From positions 1,736,001 through 1,800,000 of the forward strand of contig NW_027191417.1 of the NCBI RefSeq assembly GCF_041146345.1: DNA of 64,000 nt, written 5' to 3'. Below the pieces are notes generated by a model. The model saw only the letters and a program-made list of their open reading frames with translations, had not been told where the DNA came from and ran no database searches. This DNA is from Neodothiora populina (Eukaryota). A program made the translations under genes and the position numbers. How positions within the stretch are numbered: the first letter of the stretch is position 1; the number at the start of each line of letters is the position of its first letter. Below, piece by piece: positions 23,356 through 35,752 of this stretch.

Positions 23356-26083
23356 TGTTGTGAATGCTGATGCCTTAACGAATAATATGTATCTGCTTTT
23401 CCAAAGTTGTAAAGAGCCAGGAAATTGTCTTATCGTATTGACTGCGAGGAATGATATATAAGAGAACCTCGTGCAGGTGGAGATTACCGAGTGGGATAGC
23501 TAATATATCGAAGAGGTAATGGTTAAAGGTGCAATATCCTCTCAATCTTATATGACACGGATGTGTCGCGGGTAGCCAGTATTTGAAACGTCTTGTTACC
23601 CCAAAGCTAGCCTGGGCCGGAATCGCATCAACTTTATTAACGTCACATCGAGGGTTCCCGAAAGAGATGGAGGAAGCAACTGCGACCAGTCTGCAGAAGT
23701 TGGAGATGATGAAAGGAAGATTTCAAAGAGAAAGGGCTCCAGCGGTCCCTATAAACGGCTTGCGACTTGAAGCACAGTTTGAAAAGGCGGCAACTCCTGA
23801 GACAATAACGATTGAACGGCGGTCAGTGACCTTTAAGGAGCGGCTGACCACATGATTTAAGCTCTGATTTGGCGCGACGCTAGTATTTATGGTTGATTTT
23901 AAGCATCCATAGGCGGCATGAGTGCACGCCCTCTCTGCAACGAATCAGACCTTTCGCCGCAGCCTCGATCGCAGCCCAAGCGATTGCCTAGTGCTGTACC
24001 TAACACAAGGGTCGTAAACGCACATACATCGCAACACGCACGCCACGTCCCATCCATGGGGCACAAATGAGCTCGATACCAAAAGCCTACCAAAAAGCAT
24101 TGCGAAATGTGGACAGTACTATCGGCTCGCCGTCCCTGCAGTAAAACGATATGTTTCAACAGGCGCCCGCACTATCAGCAACTGCTGCTGTATTCATGTC
24201 TCACATTCCAAGCGATGAAACACTTACACCTTCAACTATCATAAGGTGGCTTGAGTAGAGTAAGTATCTGCAGGCGTCTTCCAGTGCTTCTCTGCGGGCG
24301 GCGAGGGATCCTAGGAAGGATCGCACGAAGGTTTAGCTATCGTATCTTGCTACCCATAGTACAGTAAGCTCACACGGCTGGGGCGAATCAGAAATTGTGT
24401 TGCTTTGCAGTTGAACACGTGCGGGGTCAACTCAGTAATCCTGAATGTCATGTGGCTATCAGAGATTACGTGTTCAAAGATAAACATTCACAATAAAAAC
24501 ACACAGTAATGATTTTGACGCAGCTTCTGTGTCACCGGATAACGGCATAATGATGTTTCGGCCGCCGAAATCCGACAGTTCATTCTTGCTCAAGTGCAAG
24601 TCGTCCCAATAGGCGCCGATGTTTGACCTCACACTTATGCATGTACAACGCAGAGCACAATCTGATCATGTAGGTCTGGCTTATATACAGGAAGAGATCA
24701 CCCTCGAACTGGAAAGCCGAATCCTTGTTTGTTCTTTATGCCGAATCCCGTTGCCACAACCCATGGCATTCTCCGAGATGAAGATCAGGCCGTCTCGAGG
24801 ATGCGATATGGAGCAGGCCGTCTTACAAGGATAGATACTCGATCGAGCCACAGCTATCAGAGAATGCGTGACGTTCTTGAGGAAGCAGTACATTCCTTGC
24901 AATACATAGCAATGGTGCGAAGAGAAGCATTTCCACTGAGCGTGGACTGATGTGTTAGCATTCGTCGACTCTAGAGCCCGAATTATCCCAAATATGCTGC
25001 ACAGCAGATACGGTTGTCGTATCGTACCTGCGCGCCGCGTGGGGACAATCTGCAGGCGCTCGGATCAGTGTGCATGTTGAAATCATGTCTCCGTACGCTC
25101 GTGTTGTGGTACCTCGAAAAACACGTAACTCTCTTGGTCGCTATGCAGTCCATCCATTCTGTTGCAGAAAGACGGTTCAAGCGGCCGTCGCGAACCTCAG
25201 CAATATCAGCTAGCCTTACATGTCCTGCATGCTCGCCGGCTCTGCACATGAAGGAGACCAATGCAGCTCAAATCTTTTCCACGATAAATTGCTACGGTTT
25301 CTATCCCATCGCAAACACCTGAATTCGAAGATTCGATGTGCCGAAGCGCCGCCAGGAGACTCAGATTGCTCAGATTCTAGTCCTCACATTGCAGATATTC
25401 CCCTCCACATCGTGAGGTACAGCCACATAAATCATGCCAGCCATACAAATATGTGCTCCATCATTCGAGGGGCGTTTCCCGGAAGCTCAATCACTGTGTC
25501 CAAAGAGGCTCGGAAGATCCATGTGTTTTGTTCTACAGTGTGCTACTCTTACTTACTGTGTTACCTTGTAATGATTATTTCCTCCATCTACTACCTACTC
25601 ATGGCTAGGTGGATCCGATAGACGATAACAATGGAATAAGAGTGATTTGCCAAGCTGGCAACGCGGGGCCCTGCTTCCACATTCCACTGTATTCCATCAA
25701 CCAACTCCTTCGACACATGCTGTGGCTTTTTATTGGATGGTGATCCACGCATGAAGCAGCAGTTTAGATCTCCTGATCGCACAGGCTTCACGAGCTTGAT
25801 TCACTAAAACGTCAGCGCGAAATGACATGTCATTGACACAATCCTGTTTTCCACCTAGCAGGTATGCAGCACATGGACTTTTATAACAATTCGTGCAGAC
25901 CGCAAGGTTAGCAAACTGCCGATTAACATCTGAAACCACATTTTTTGGTCTGCCGGGTATTGTCCATCTACCTAGTACTAGATCATTTACCAACGCCATT
26001 CCTCATTAGCAAGCAAACTGTCCCCCATTAGCAAGCAGACACGTTTGGCGAACGAGACACCGTCACAAGTCGTACCCGAAGTC

Positions 26084-28745
26084 ATGGATCTACCACCTTC
26101 GAAATGGAACGCTGGACGGTATGCCCATTCCTCTGCTGGCTATAAGACAGCAGCCATCGCTCCCTCCGAGCTTCTCTACTTCCCTCATCAGAGCATTAGC
26201 AGCTCTTGTATGTAGTACTAATGATACAATTACATCAGCTCTTTGAAGGCATCTGAGCAACTGGCGAAGACTTTCATCGACAGACTCCGCAAGATGGTCG
26301 AGACACAGGTAAAGGACGTCCACCATGACTTCGAGGCACAGCCCCCGGAACAACAGGTCAAAAGACTTTATGGTTTGAGACCGGACGAGAACGCGCCTAC
26401 TCAAGATGTGCGATACGAGGTGTGCTCTGTCGTTCCATGAATCACCCTTGGCAGTTATCATATTGACATGTATCCACAGAAAATGTATCTTGGTGTTGTA
26501 GCAAAGCGACTCGACAGCACTATTGATGTCGGCTTCTCTGTTCACGATGGTACGTCGGCTCTCAACAACTTCTCTTGTCTCAAGGACCTCCTACTTCGTA
26601 CTTTGGCAGAAGGAGGATAAGGCAAATGTTTGATTCTACTAATCTGGAGGTCTTCTCCCTCGCATTGAACACGATGCATTACAAACGAATTCTGCGTCAA
26701 GCAAGGAGGCTGATGGTCCTTCAGGTACTTACAACATGGACTACGCATGGCATAGCATTCCCGTGAAACACTCTGCTGCTGAAGAACTCTCTGATTATGT
26801 GATTGCCCGTCTCCGCAAATACGAGGCCGAGCAGCGCTACAAGTTCCTCGGCGCTGGGCTCACTGATGGAACACTTGAGATCTGTCCATGCCTGGCCGCT
26901 AGGATGTGGGCAGAGCTGGACATCGTCACGCTGGTCTTCAGACCTGACTATACGCAACCGACGTACGCACTTCAGTATGATGCCGATGTTGATGAACAAG
27001 CCGATTCAATGGCGCGAAAATGTGTCATGTAAGTCCCATGTAACCATAGTTCGGAGCATGGTATTAATTTATTTCCAGTCGCTTCGGTCCCAATAACCAG
27101 CCACGTCTGTCCATAGGTCTTCGCAACGAGGTTGACGTTGATGTTGGCGGCGAGGCAATGCTGGCGACTATCGGGCAGTATGAGAAGTCTGTGGGCCCAC
27201 GTACCTGGCAAGCAATACAGCATTATATTTCGGGTCTCAAGCGCGATCAGATCCGGATTGCTTTCTTCAACAGCACTCCCCAAGGTGGTGGCGTCGCTTT
27301 GATGAGGCATGCTCTGGTCCGCTTTGCACGCCTCGCAGGAGTCCATATGCAATGGTAAGAACACCGAGTCTGCACAACATCGATAAATCGAATCTAAACA
27401 ATTTATAGGTTTGTGCCCAAACCAAAGCCGGAAGTGTTCCGCATCACGAAGACAAACCATAACATCCTCCAAGGCGTTGCTAGTCCAGAGGAATGCTTGA
27501 GTGACGATCAAGCGGAGACGATTCGTGCTTGGACAGAGGTGAACGCGCAGCGATTCTGGCTCAGTAAACGGGGGCCTCTTCGAGCTGTAAAGGACGGCGG
27601 AGCTCACATCGTAATCGTCGACGATCCTCAGATGCCATATATCTGCAAATTGGCCAAGGAAGCCGACCCCGATAGACCTGTCATATTCAGATCTCATATC
27701 CAGATTCGAGCAGATCTTGTGGACAACGAACCAGACAGCCCAACAGCAAAGGTTTTTGATTGGCTATGGTCGTACGCAAAGTACGCAGACCTGTTCGTGG
27801 CTCACCCAGTCAAGGCTTTTGTGCCTGCAAAGGTCTCGAAGGAAAAGGTCTTGTACCTCCCAGCAACTACAGGTAAGTCCGGACTTTCGATGGATCAGAC
27901 TGACTTTATGCTAACGACGACTAGACTGGCTTGATGGTCTGAACAAGGAGCTTTCGGTTCAGGACTCCATCTTTTATATGAGCGAGTACAACAACCACTG
28001 CATTGAGAGCAAACAGCCGCAGCTCGCATTCCCAGCCCGAGACTACATCGTACAGATCGCTCGATTCGACCCCGCCAAGGGCATCGACACAGTCGTTCGT
28101 GCCTACGGCGAGCTACGCCGTAACTAATACAAGCACGCCAACATCAAAGACATCCCTCAACTCGTACTCGCAGGCCACAGCGCAATCGACGACCCGGATG
28201 CATCCATGATCTTTGATCAAACCATGGACCTGATCGGGACAGAATATCCCGAATTAGCCGAAGACATCTCCGTCATGCGGCTGGGGCCCGTTGACCAGTA
28301 CTTGAATGTGCTGATGAGCAACGCCAAGGTCGCTCTCCAGCTCTCCACCAGAGAAGGCTTCGAAGTCAAGGTATCAGAGGCACTACACAAAGGAGTGCCC
28401 ATCATCGCGACAAAAGCGGGCGGCATACCTCTGCAAGTGGAGGACAAGAAATCAGGATTCATCGTCGAGCCAGGCGATCATAAGGCAGTGGCCGAGCACC
28501 TGCATACTTTGTTCACTGATGAGAAGCGTTGGAAGGAAATGAGTGGCTATGCCTCTGCACACGTCAGCGACGAAGTCGGCACGGTGGGAAATGCGCTGTC
28601 GTGGTTCTATCTCGCGGATACCCTAGGCAGGGGTGACAAGCTCGAAGGTAATGGGCGGTGGGTCAATGATCTTGCGCGTGGAAAGGCTAGTCTGCCGTAC
28701 CTGGAGGACGAGCCCAAGCTGCCTAGACACTTGACGACTGGTTGA
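26084..28745 (+). pseudogene. GT4 trehalose synthase/phosphorylase (ccg-9-like) with in-frame TAA at 28125-28127
   Basis: DEQADSMARKC, FFNSTPQGGGVALMRHAL, FRITKTNHNILQG, DDPQMP, FRSHIQIR, IVQIARFDPAKG, LQLSTREGFEVKVSEALHKG; all other exons appear intact, so pseudogene status is uncertain. Confidence 0.75.
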
Positions 28746-29057
28746 AGGACCAAGTAAGGCATCGAGTTTTCACCAGCTGTCGCCATTGACGGGGTGTAAT
28801 TTTGATACGCTGTGGTAAAAGGTAGCATATTTATGGCAAACATGATTCACGGAAACTCTCAGCTCTGGAGGTTTAATATTATACGATAGTACAGTTTCTA
28901 ATGCAGATCATTCAATCATAGCATTGCGTCTTGCACCTGTCCAGGGCTTCATACGTAGGCATTAACCCGACGGCAGACAGACGAGCTCTTTGTCACCAGT
29001 AGACCAAGTCCTTTTCCCATCGACGTGGTGGCCGCGTCAAAAGCCTACTGCAGATAT

Positions 29058-30083
29058 CTACTTGCCCTCATTGGCCATGGCTCGAATAGTGGACAATGCC
29101 AACTTGGCTTCGCATTGCCGCGTCTCGACATGACTGTTTCGACCAGCTTCTCTCAGAGGATCCTCTGATCTGCTCACATCCTCGTCCCAGTCCATCTTGA
29201 CAATCAAGACGCCATCTTCATCAGGTAAAGACTTGTCAATGTCGATGAACAGACTTGGATGTCGTTGTAGCGGACGTGTGCGCCCGTTGGGCAAGATGGG
29301 GTTATTCGCTCTCGCGACATCCACAGGGAATTTCTCCAGAAGTTGTTCTCCTGTCATGTTTCCAGCACCAATCATATCAAGGGACAGCTCCTCTATGGGA
29401 AACGAATCGGCGCGAGGATCCCCAAGCGCTGTCGCGCTTGACAAAGCTGGTGGCACGGCGGATCCGAATACGGCGAATTGCCACTCACCATACGGTACTG
29501 CTCCGCCCTGGTTGTCGGGGCCATCGTCTTGATCCTCGTTGGAGTCTCTCATGTGGCGGTACTGCTCTATGACTTCATCAAAGTATTCGTCGCCCATTGC
29601 GAGGCTTGTTAGGGGAAGACCGAAGTCTTTGAAGGGAACTGTGCAGCGGCGGACTTTCCACTTGCCACGGTCTTTGTCGCAGTGGACAACTGTGAGGCCG
29701 CTCTCTCGCCAGTCTGGTTTGGTCATGGCCACGAACCCGAAAGGGTAAATCTGGTGGTCATTTGCGGGCTCACCATTGTCGTCTTGCTCAAGGATTGTCT
29801 TGAGTGACTTGATATGTGCATCGAAGATGAATTGGACGTCTTTTCCGGGGCAATGTCGGTTTTCGTGGGCTGTTTCGATGAATATAAGGTCTTGGAGCTC
29901 TTCTTCGGGGATGTGCAGTACCTCGTCGTTATAGGATTTCAAAGCGGCATCACAGAGCTCAGTCATGGTCTCATCTGTCGTGTTGATGATGCTGTAGAGA
30001 CGCCATTTACCAAGATCGGTGTTGGTGTGGTAGTTTTGTTCTAGCACTTGAGATGCGCCGTCGGAGAGACAGAGCGCAGGCAT
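29058..30083 (-). CDS. Hypothetical protein, 341 aa
   Basis: Long intronless ORF with globular-looking composition; no family recognised. Confidence 0.7.
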   Translation of the reverse strand: MPALCLSDGASQVLEQNYHTNTDLGKWRLYSIINTTDETMTELCDAALKSYNDEVLHIPEEELQDLIFIETAHENRHCPGKDVQFIFDAHIKSLKTILEQDDNGEPANDHQIYPFGFVAMTKPDWRESGLTVVHCDKDRGKWKVRRCTVPFKDFGLPLTSLAMGDEYFDEVIEQYRHMRDSNEDQDDGPDNQGGAVPYGEWQFAVFGSAVPPALSSATALGDPRADSFPIEELSLDMIGAGNMTGEQLLEKFPVDVARANNPILPNGRTRPLQRHPSLFIDIDKSLPDEDGVLIVKMDWDEDVSRSEDPLREAGRNSHVETRQCEAKLALSTIRAMANEGK

Positions 30084-30608
30084 GATTGTTCGATGTCAAG
30101 ACAGTGCAGCAGTGTCAAGGAGAGGTTTCGAGAATCATATATGTCAAACGGTAGACAAGTGGTAGCATCCTTCCGGGCTGCTTCACTTTTCATACGTCAT
30201 AGGTGTTTTACAGTTCCTTCGTGCATGTCTGGATGCCTGGAGTCACATAATACATTTATGTGTATACAACGGACTCCTTGGAAATGGTAGAGATCATAGG
30301 TACCGTGCACGTCTACTATGCGCATCTACCCGACTTTGTGGTCATGGTCACTATATGAGATGTGACGTCTCTTTCGACCCTAGGGTAGTCAGTATCTGTG
30401 TAGCGAAGAGAAAAAGAGGACAAGACTATCAGATGTCACAGAGAGACATGACTCGAAGCAATTTAATAGAGAGAACAAGGCATAACAGGTACGATGATGC
30501 AGTGAGAAGCCACGGTCTAATCAAGGTAGGAGAGAGATTAAGACGGGAGTCGTGAGATGGACAGATTGGGCAATGTGGGGAAGTTGAGTTTGGCAAGCGC
30601 GCGCTCAG

Positions 30609-30614
30609 ACGCGT
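30609..30614. promoter_or_regulatory. MCB-like element ACGCGT upstream of gamma-tubulin
   Basis: Exact ACGCGT ~80 bp before the ATG, next to a GCGCGCGC run. Confidence 0.35.
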
Positions 30615-30689
30615 CTCCCCCAAAATGAACTTCTTTGCGATAAACGAAGCATATCACATTATCATCAATTGCGATGCGCTACAGCAGCT

Positions 30690-32327
30690 ATGCCGCGGTA
30701 AGTAGTTTGTGTTACGAGCTCGCCTTACTTCATATACTGACTCAAATGAAGAGAAATCATCACACTGCAAGCAGGCCAATGCGGCAATAGCGGTATGTCA
30801 TGTGACAGAGACCACCTCTGCTGCTGCTGCTTTCCTGGACAGCATTGGAGTGGAGCAAAGGTTACAGTGTACTGACTTGTCCTCCAAGTGGGATCCCAAT
30901 TCTGGCAACAGCTGTGTCTCGAGCACGGAATCAACCAAGACGGCAATCTCGAAGACTTTGCAACCGAGGGCGGCGACCGAAAGGATGTCTTCTTCTATCA
31001 ATCCGACGACACTCGATATATTCCACGTGCCATTCTTCTGGATCTAGAACCGCGTGTCATCAATGGTATTCAGACCGGAGCCTACAAGAACATCTACAAC
31101 CCCGAGAACTTCTACGTGCACAAGGATGGCACAGGCGCAGGCAACAACTGGGCGGCAGGATATGCCATGGGAGAAAGCGTGCAAGACGAGGTGCTCGACA
31201 TGATCGATCGCGAGGCAGACGGAAGTGATTCTCTCGAAGGCTTTATGCTGCTGCACTCTATCGCTGGTGGTACAGGAAGTGGTCTTGGTTCTTTCCTGCT
31301 TGAGCGACTGAACGACCGCTTTCCCAAGAAGATCATTCAGACATACTCCGTCTTTCCTGATACCCAAAACTCAGGAGACGTCGTTGTCCAGCCATACAAC
31401 TCTCTTCTCTCGCTTCGTCGCCTCACGCAAAATGCCGATTCCGTCATCGTTCTGGACAACGGAGCACTCAGTCGCATAGCAGCCGACACTCTTCACGTGC
31501 AAGAACCTAGCTTCCAGCAGACGAACCAGCTGGTCTCTACAGTCATGAGCGCGAGCACCACGACTCTACGATACCCTGGATACATGCACAACGATCTGGC
31601 CGGCATACTGGCTAGCTTGATCCCAACGCCCAGATGCCATTTCCTGCAGACAAGCTACACTCCCTTCACCGGCGAGAACATCGAGGCTGCCAAGACTGTG
31701 AGAAGGACGACGGTTCTGGAGGTCATGCGAAGACTTCTACAGCCGAAGAACAGGATGGTCAGCGCCAGCCCTGGCAAGAACAGCTGCTACATTTCCATTT
31801 TGAACATCATCATGGGTGAAGCCGACCCGACTGACGTGAGTATCTGATGTTATGCAGCATTACAGTGGACACACGTTACCACAGCGAATGGAGCTGACAT
31901 GACTTTTGCTCTTTAGGTTCACAAATCCCTCCTACGCATCCGCGAACGCCGTCTCGCTACCTTTATTCCTTGGGGACCGGCTTCGATACAAGTAGCCCTC
32001 ACTCGAACCTCTCCCTACACTGCAACTCCGTACACACCAAAGGTCAGCGGTCTCATGCTCGCCAACCACACTGGTATCTCGACGTTATTCAAGCGAATTG
32101 TTTTCCAGTACGATCGTCTACGCAAGAGAAATGCCTTTTTGGAGCAATACAAGCGCGAGGAGCCATTCAGAGACGGGCTGGGTGAATTCGACACGGCAAG
32201 AGAAGTGGTAATGGATTTGTGCAAGGAATATGAAGACGCCGAGAAAGCAGACTATCTGACTGGCGGCTCCGCAGGGGCGGAGAATGATGGCGACGACGCA
32301 AGGACAGATGGAGTCACCGGGAGGTAG
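30690..32327 (+). CDS. TUB4: Gamma-tubulin
   Basis: [67 protein letters not shown]; three introns. Confidence 0.97.
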
Positions 32328-33227
32328 TATGTCATGCACTGTCAGGACTTTTTTATCACAGGGAAGCGGTGCACCACCGTTCGGACCCGGGGGTCCAGGC
32401 AAGGTGTTTTCGGCGTTCCGCGGCGTTGTTTTATCTCAGATGTGAATCATGCATGATGTTTGGTGCCATACCACGAAGAACGCGTCAAGTCGGAATAGGG
32501 CGTCTGGTATTTTGAATATGAGCTTCTCTAACAAGCTCTCGTCTTGTTGCGACCCTCCTCACTATAGTAGTAACACGTCCTGTATACATATCTCGTACAA
32601 TCGACCGTGACAATGTCCGCTCAACTCACATGCATTTTACTCTCATCGTCACAAGAAGCTGGCAATGACAAATCCGCAGCAGCAAACAAGCACGCATGGA
32701 CCAAAGTGAAGCTTGGAAGCTTTGAAAGCAGCACAAGCATCGGAAGTCTCTTGTCCGGCAGCAGCAGCATCGTCACCGTCCGTCAATTGCCTCTGGAACA
32801 GTCAGCTATCCTGATCATGAGGCCATGCATACAGTACTGTACACAGCAAGAGACAACCATAGACATGGACATGTCTCGGATCCGGAACTATTATCATTGT
32901 CAAGTCCCGAATGGCCCGAGTTTCGGCTGCTCTGATCTCCTCAGGCACATGTTCAAATGTCTCGCCGCAAAAGTCAATGAATGGTTCCTTCGTTGCACTA
33001 GAACTGGTCAGAGGAGGGGAGTTGGCGCGAGACGCTCTTGCGCCGCCGCTTCTTGTAATGAATTTAGCCGACGACGGAAGTTCTTCCACTGCTGGGCTGC
33101 GCTGCGCTTCTGCACGCATAAAGATGGTTGTTGCTCGGGTAGTAGTGAGACCGTGCTTTCGTTGCGCTCTGCCGGTGTAGCAGACGCCGAAAGACAACAG
33201 ACACCGAGTCGATAGACCACTGTGTGA

Positions 33228-33263
33228 GAAGAAGAAGAAGAAGAAGAAGAAGAAGAAGAAGAA
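33228..33263. repeat. (GAA)12 microsatellite
   Basis: Direct reading. Confidence 0.95.
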
Positions 33264-34107
33264 GCAATGGCAGCATCAAATATTGCTACCATGATAGCTT
33301 AGATGAAACTGATGGACTGAGAAAGATGATTTTCTATCTCCTCTTCATACCAGAAAAACAAACCAAAGATCGTCGAGAACAGGGCAGACAAGCACAAAAG
33401 CGATGCTCCACAAGTCTCCAAGTCGGGATGAACCGGGGCCCATGGCGGTGATTTTCCATTTTCCCCGTGTCTTTTCCCTACCAAGTTTACGGAGTAAGGC
33501 CAAGCGTAGCGTACAAGTAGCTTCACGGTACTGTGGCAGCTAAGATACGGACACGGGAGTAAGACTGGCCCTGTCCACTCCTGTGCCACAGCAGCCCGAG
33601 CAGCAGCCTTTCTCCAGTAATCCCGCATCGTGAACCCGGCGGACGTCTGTGGCCCCCGTACCCTTCTATCCACCATTTAAATCATGGGTGACCTCGGTAA
33701 AGGTCGTTGTCGGGGGTTTGTGAACAGTTACCAGAGCTTCCTGATTGCTTCCGGAAGCTGAATATACATATTGTTACTTGCAACCTCCCTGACATCTTTT
33801 CTTCTTGATTTGATTTCTGCTGTTCCAAGTCATCGAGTGATCGTCTTACATTGAGCTTGCTGTATCTCCCTGCCCTTTCTCCACTCTGACGTTACCAAAG
33901 GATCCGCAAAATCGATCAACAACAGCTGTGACGTTCATCTTACCTCTTGCTACTGTTTCCTGACAAAACTCGAGAGTGTGACTTTCTGGTTCCATTGTTC
34001 ATCTTTCTTCGTCCTCTACTACAATCTACACGTATTTCTCTCGAACCTCAAGTTCAGATTACCCCGCGACGTCTTTCCCCCGCAACATTCATCAAATCTA
34101 GATCATC

Positions 34108-35284
34108 ATGGCTGCAAACAAAGGCGGAGCTGTCGGCGACGAGGCCGTCAACACCAACATCACCACTCTCACAACTTTCCTTACTGAGGAGCAGACCAAG
34201 CACGAAGAGGCAACCGGCGACTTCACGTATGTTTCTTCTGACTTCTGATCCCGAAATCACACGAAATGCTGACCTCTGGTTGCCCCGCTACCCCGCAGTC
34301 TACTTTGCCATGCCCTGCAATTTGCCTTCAAGTCCATCGCATACTACATCCGTCGAGCATCATTAATCAACCTCGAGGGTCTCGCGGGTGCATCCAATGC
34401 CACCGGCGACGACCAAAAGAAGCTCGATGTCATCGGCAATGACATTTTCATCAGTGCGATGAGGAACTCGGGCCGAGTCAGAATCCTGGTTTCGGAGGAG
34501 GAAGAAGAGCCCATTGTGTTTGCCGAGAACCCTCATGCCCGCTACGCCGTCGCCTGTGACCCCATTGATGGCTCTTCCAACCTCGACGCTGGTGTGTCGG
34601 TCGGTACCATTTTCGGCATCTACAAGCTCGTCGAGGGCGCCAAGGGAACCAAGGAGGACCTACTGAGGCCCGGCACCGATCTCGTCGCCGCAGGTTTCAC
34701 CATGTACGGTGCTTCAGCCCAGCTTGTCATGACGATGAAGAACGGCCCCGTCAACGGCTTCACTATGGACGCGTCGCTCGGCGAATTCATCCTCACTCAC
34801 CCGGACATGAGAATGCCCAAGGAGCGAGCCATCTACTCGGTCAACGAGGGTAACTCGTGCTGGTGGTCGGACCCTGTGAACGAGTGGATTGCATCGTTGA
34901 AGCAGCCGCAGGCGTCAGGAAAGCCCTACAGCGCGAGATACATTGGATCCATGGTGGCAGATGCCTACCGAACTCTTCTGTACGGAGGCATTTTCGCCTA
35001 TCCAGCGGACAAGAAGAGTGCAAAGGGCAAGCTGAGAATCTTGTATGAGTGCGCGCCCATGGCCATGGTCTTCGAGCAAGGTATGTTTCGTCTTCTTCTT
35101 TCTTGCCTGCACTTCCAACGCTGACATTCTGTTTCCTACAGCCGGTGGCCAAGCAGTCAACAGCAAGATGGAGCGCATGTTGACCATTCTCCCCGAGCAC
35201 ATCCACGACAAGTCTGGTATCTTCTTGGGCAGTTACAATGAGGTGCAGAAGGTCATTGACATTCACAAGAAGTACCAATCATAG
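34108..35284 (+). CDS. FBP1: Fructose-1,6-bisphosphatase
   Basis: TGDFT|LLCHALQFAFK, GDDQKKLDV, DPIDGSSN, RYIGSMVAD, GKLRILYEC; two introns. Confidence 0.97.
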
Positions 35285-35752
35285 GTCTCTGCAATGCAGC
35301 AGCAGAAGGACCGCCATGATGGGATGATAGTGATCTAGCTTTTTATTAGCTAGTGAGGAAGAAAGAGCAAGAGGTGTCATGGTATTTTTCTTTTTCCTTA
35401 GCTGAATGATACCCTTCAATGGAAACCACATATACCCAAAATCCTTGACTTTTCTGCTTTTTCTTGCTTGTGATCGGTGCCTTTGGCAGACTGGACACTT
35501 CTTCATATTAAGCTTCCACTTCCCCAATGGTTCGTGCAGGGAATCCATCACATGCACGATTTCACCCGAACAGGAAGGAACGCTTGACGGAGGAGGTAGG
35601 GCAGTCTTGAAACTTGCATCATCGTTTCTCGTAGACACTTCGATTCCAAGAGCTCAAGCGAGCTACAGCGGAACACTCTGAACGTAAACGCCAACAGGAC
35701 TCGGCCAACCCCAAGAACAAGACCAATGTATGAAAACGAGCCTGAGAACCAA

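Noticed and set aside
23583..25620. Scattered ORFs and splice-like signals upstream of the trehalose gene
   Set aside because: Trial exon joins gave no recognisable protein
26550..26724. Stwintron (nested intron) in long introns of the trehalose, p25 and S1 genes
   Set aside because: No internal intron whose removal rebuilds a canonical donor or acceptor
35282..35340. Cryptic peroxisomal PTS1 by stop read-through (FBP1, also checked for the AKR and the hydrolase)
   Set aside because: No TGA-CTA context and no SKL-like ending in the read-through frames
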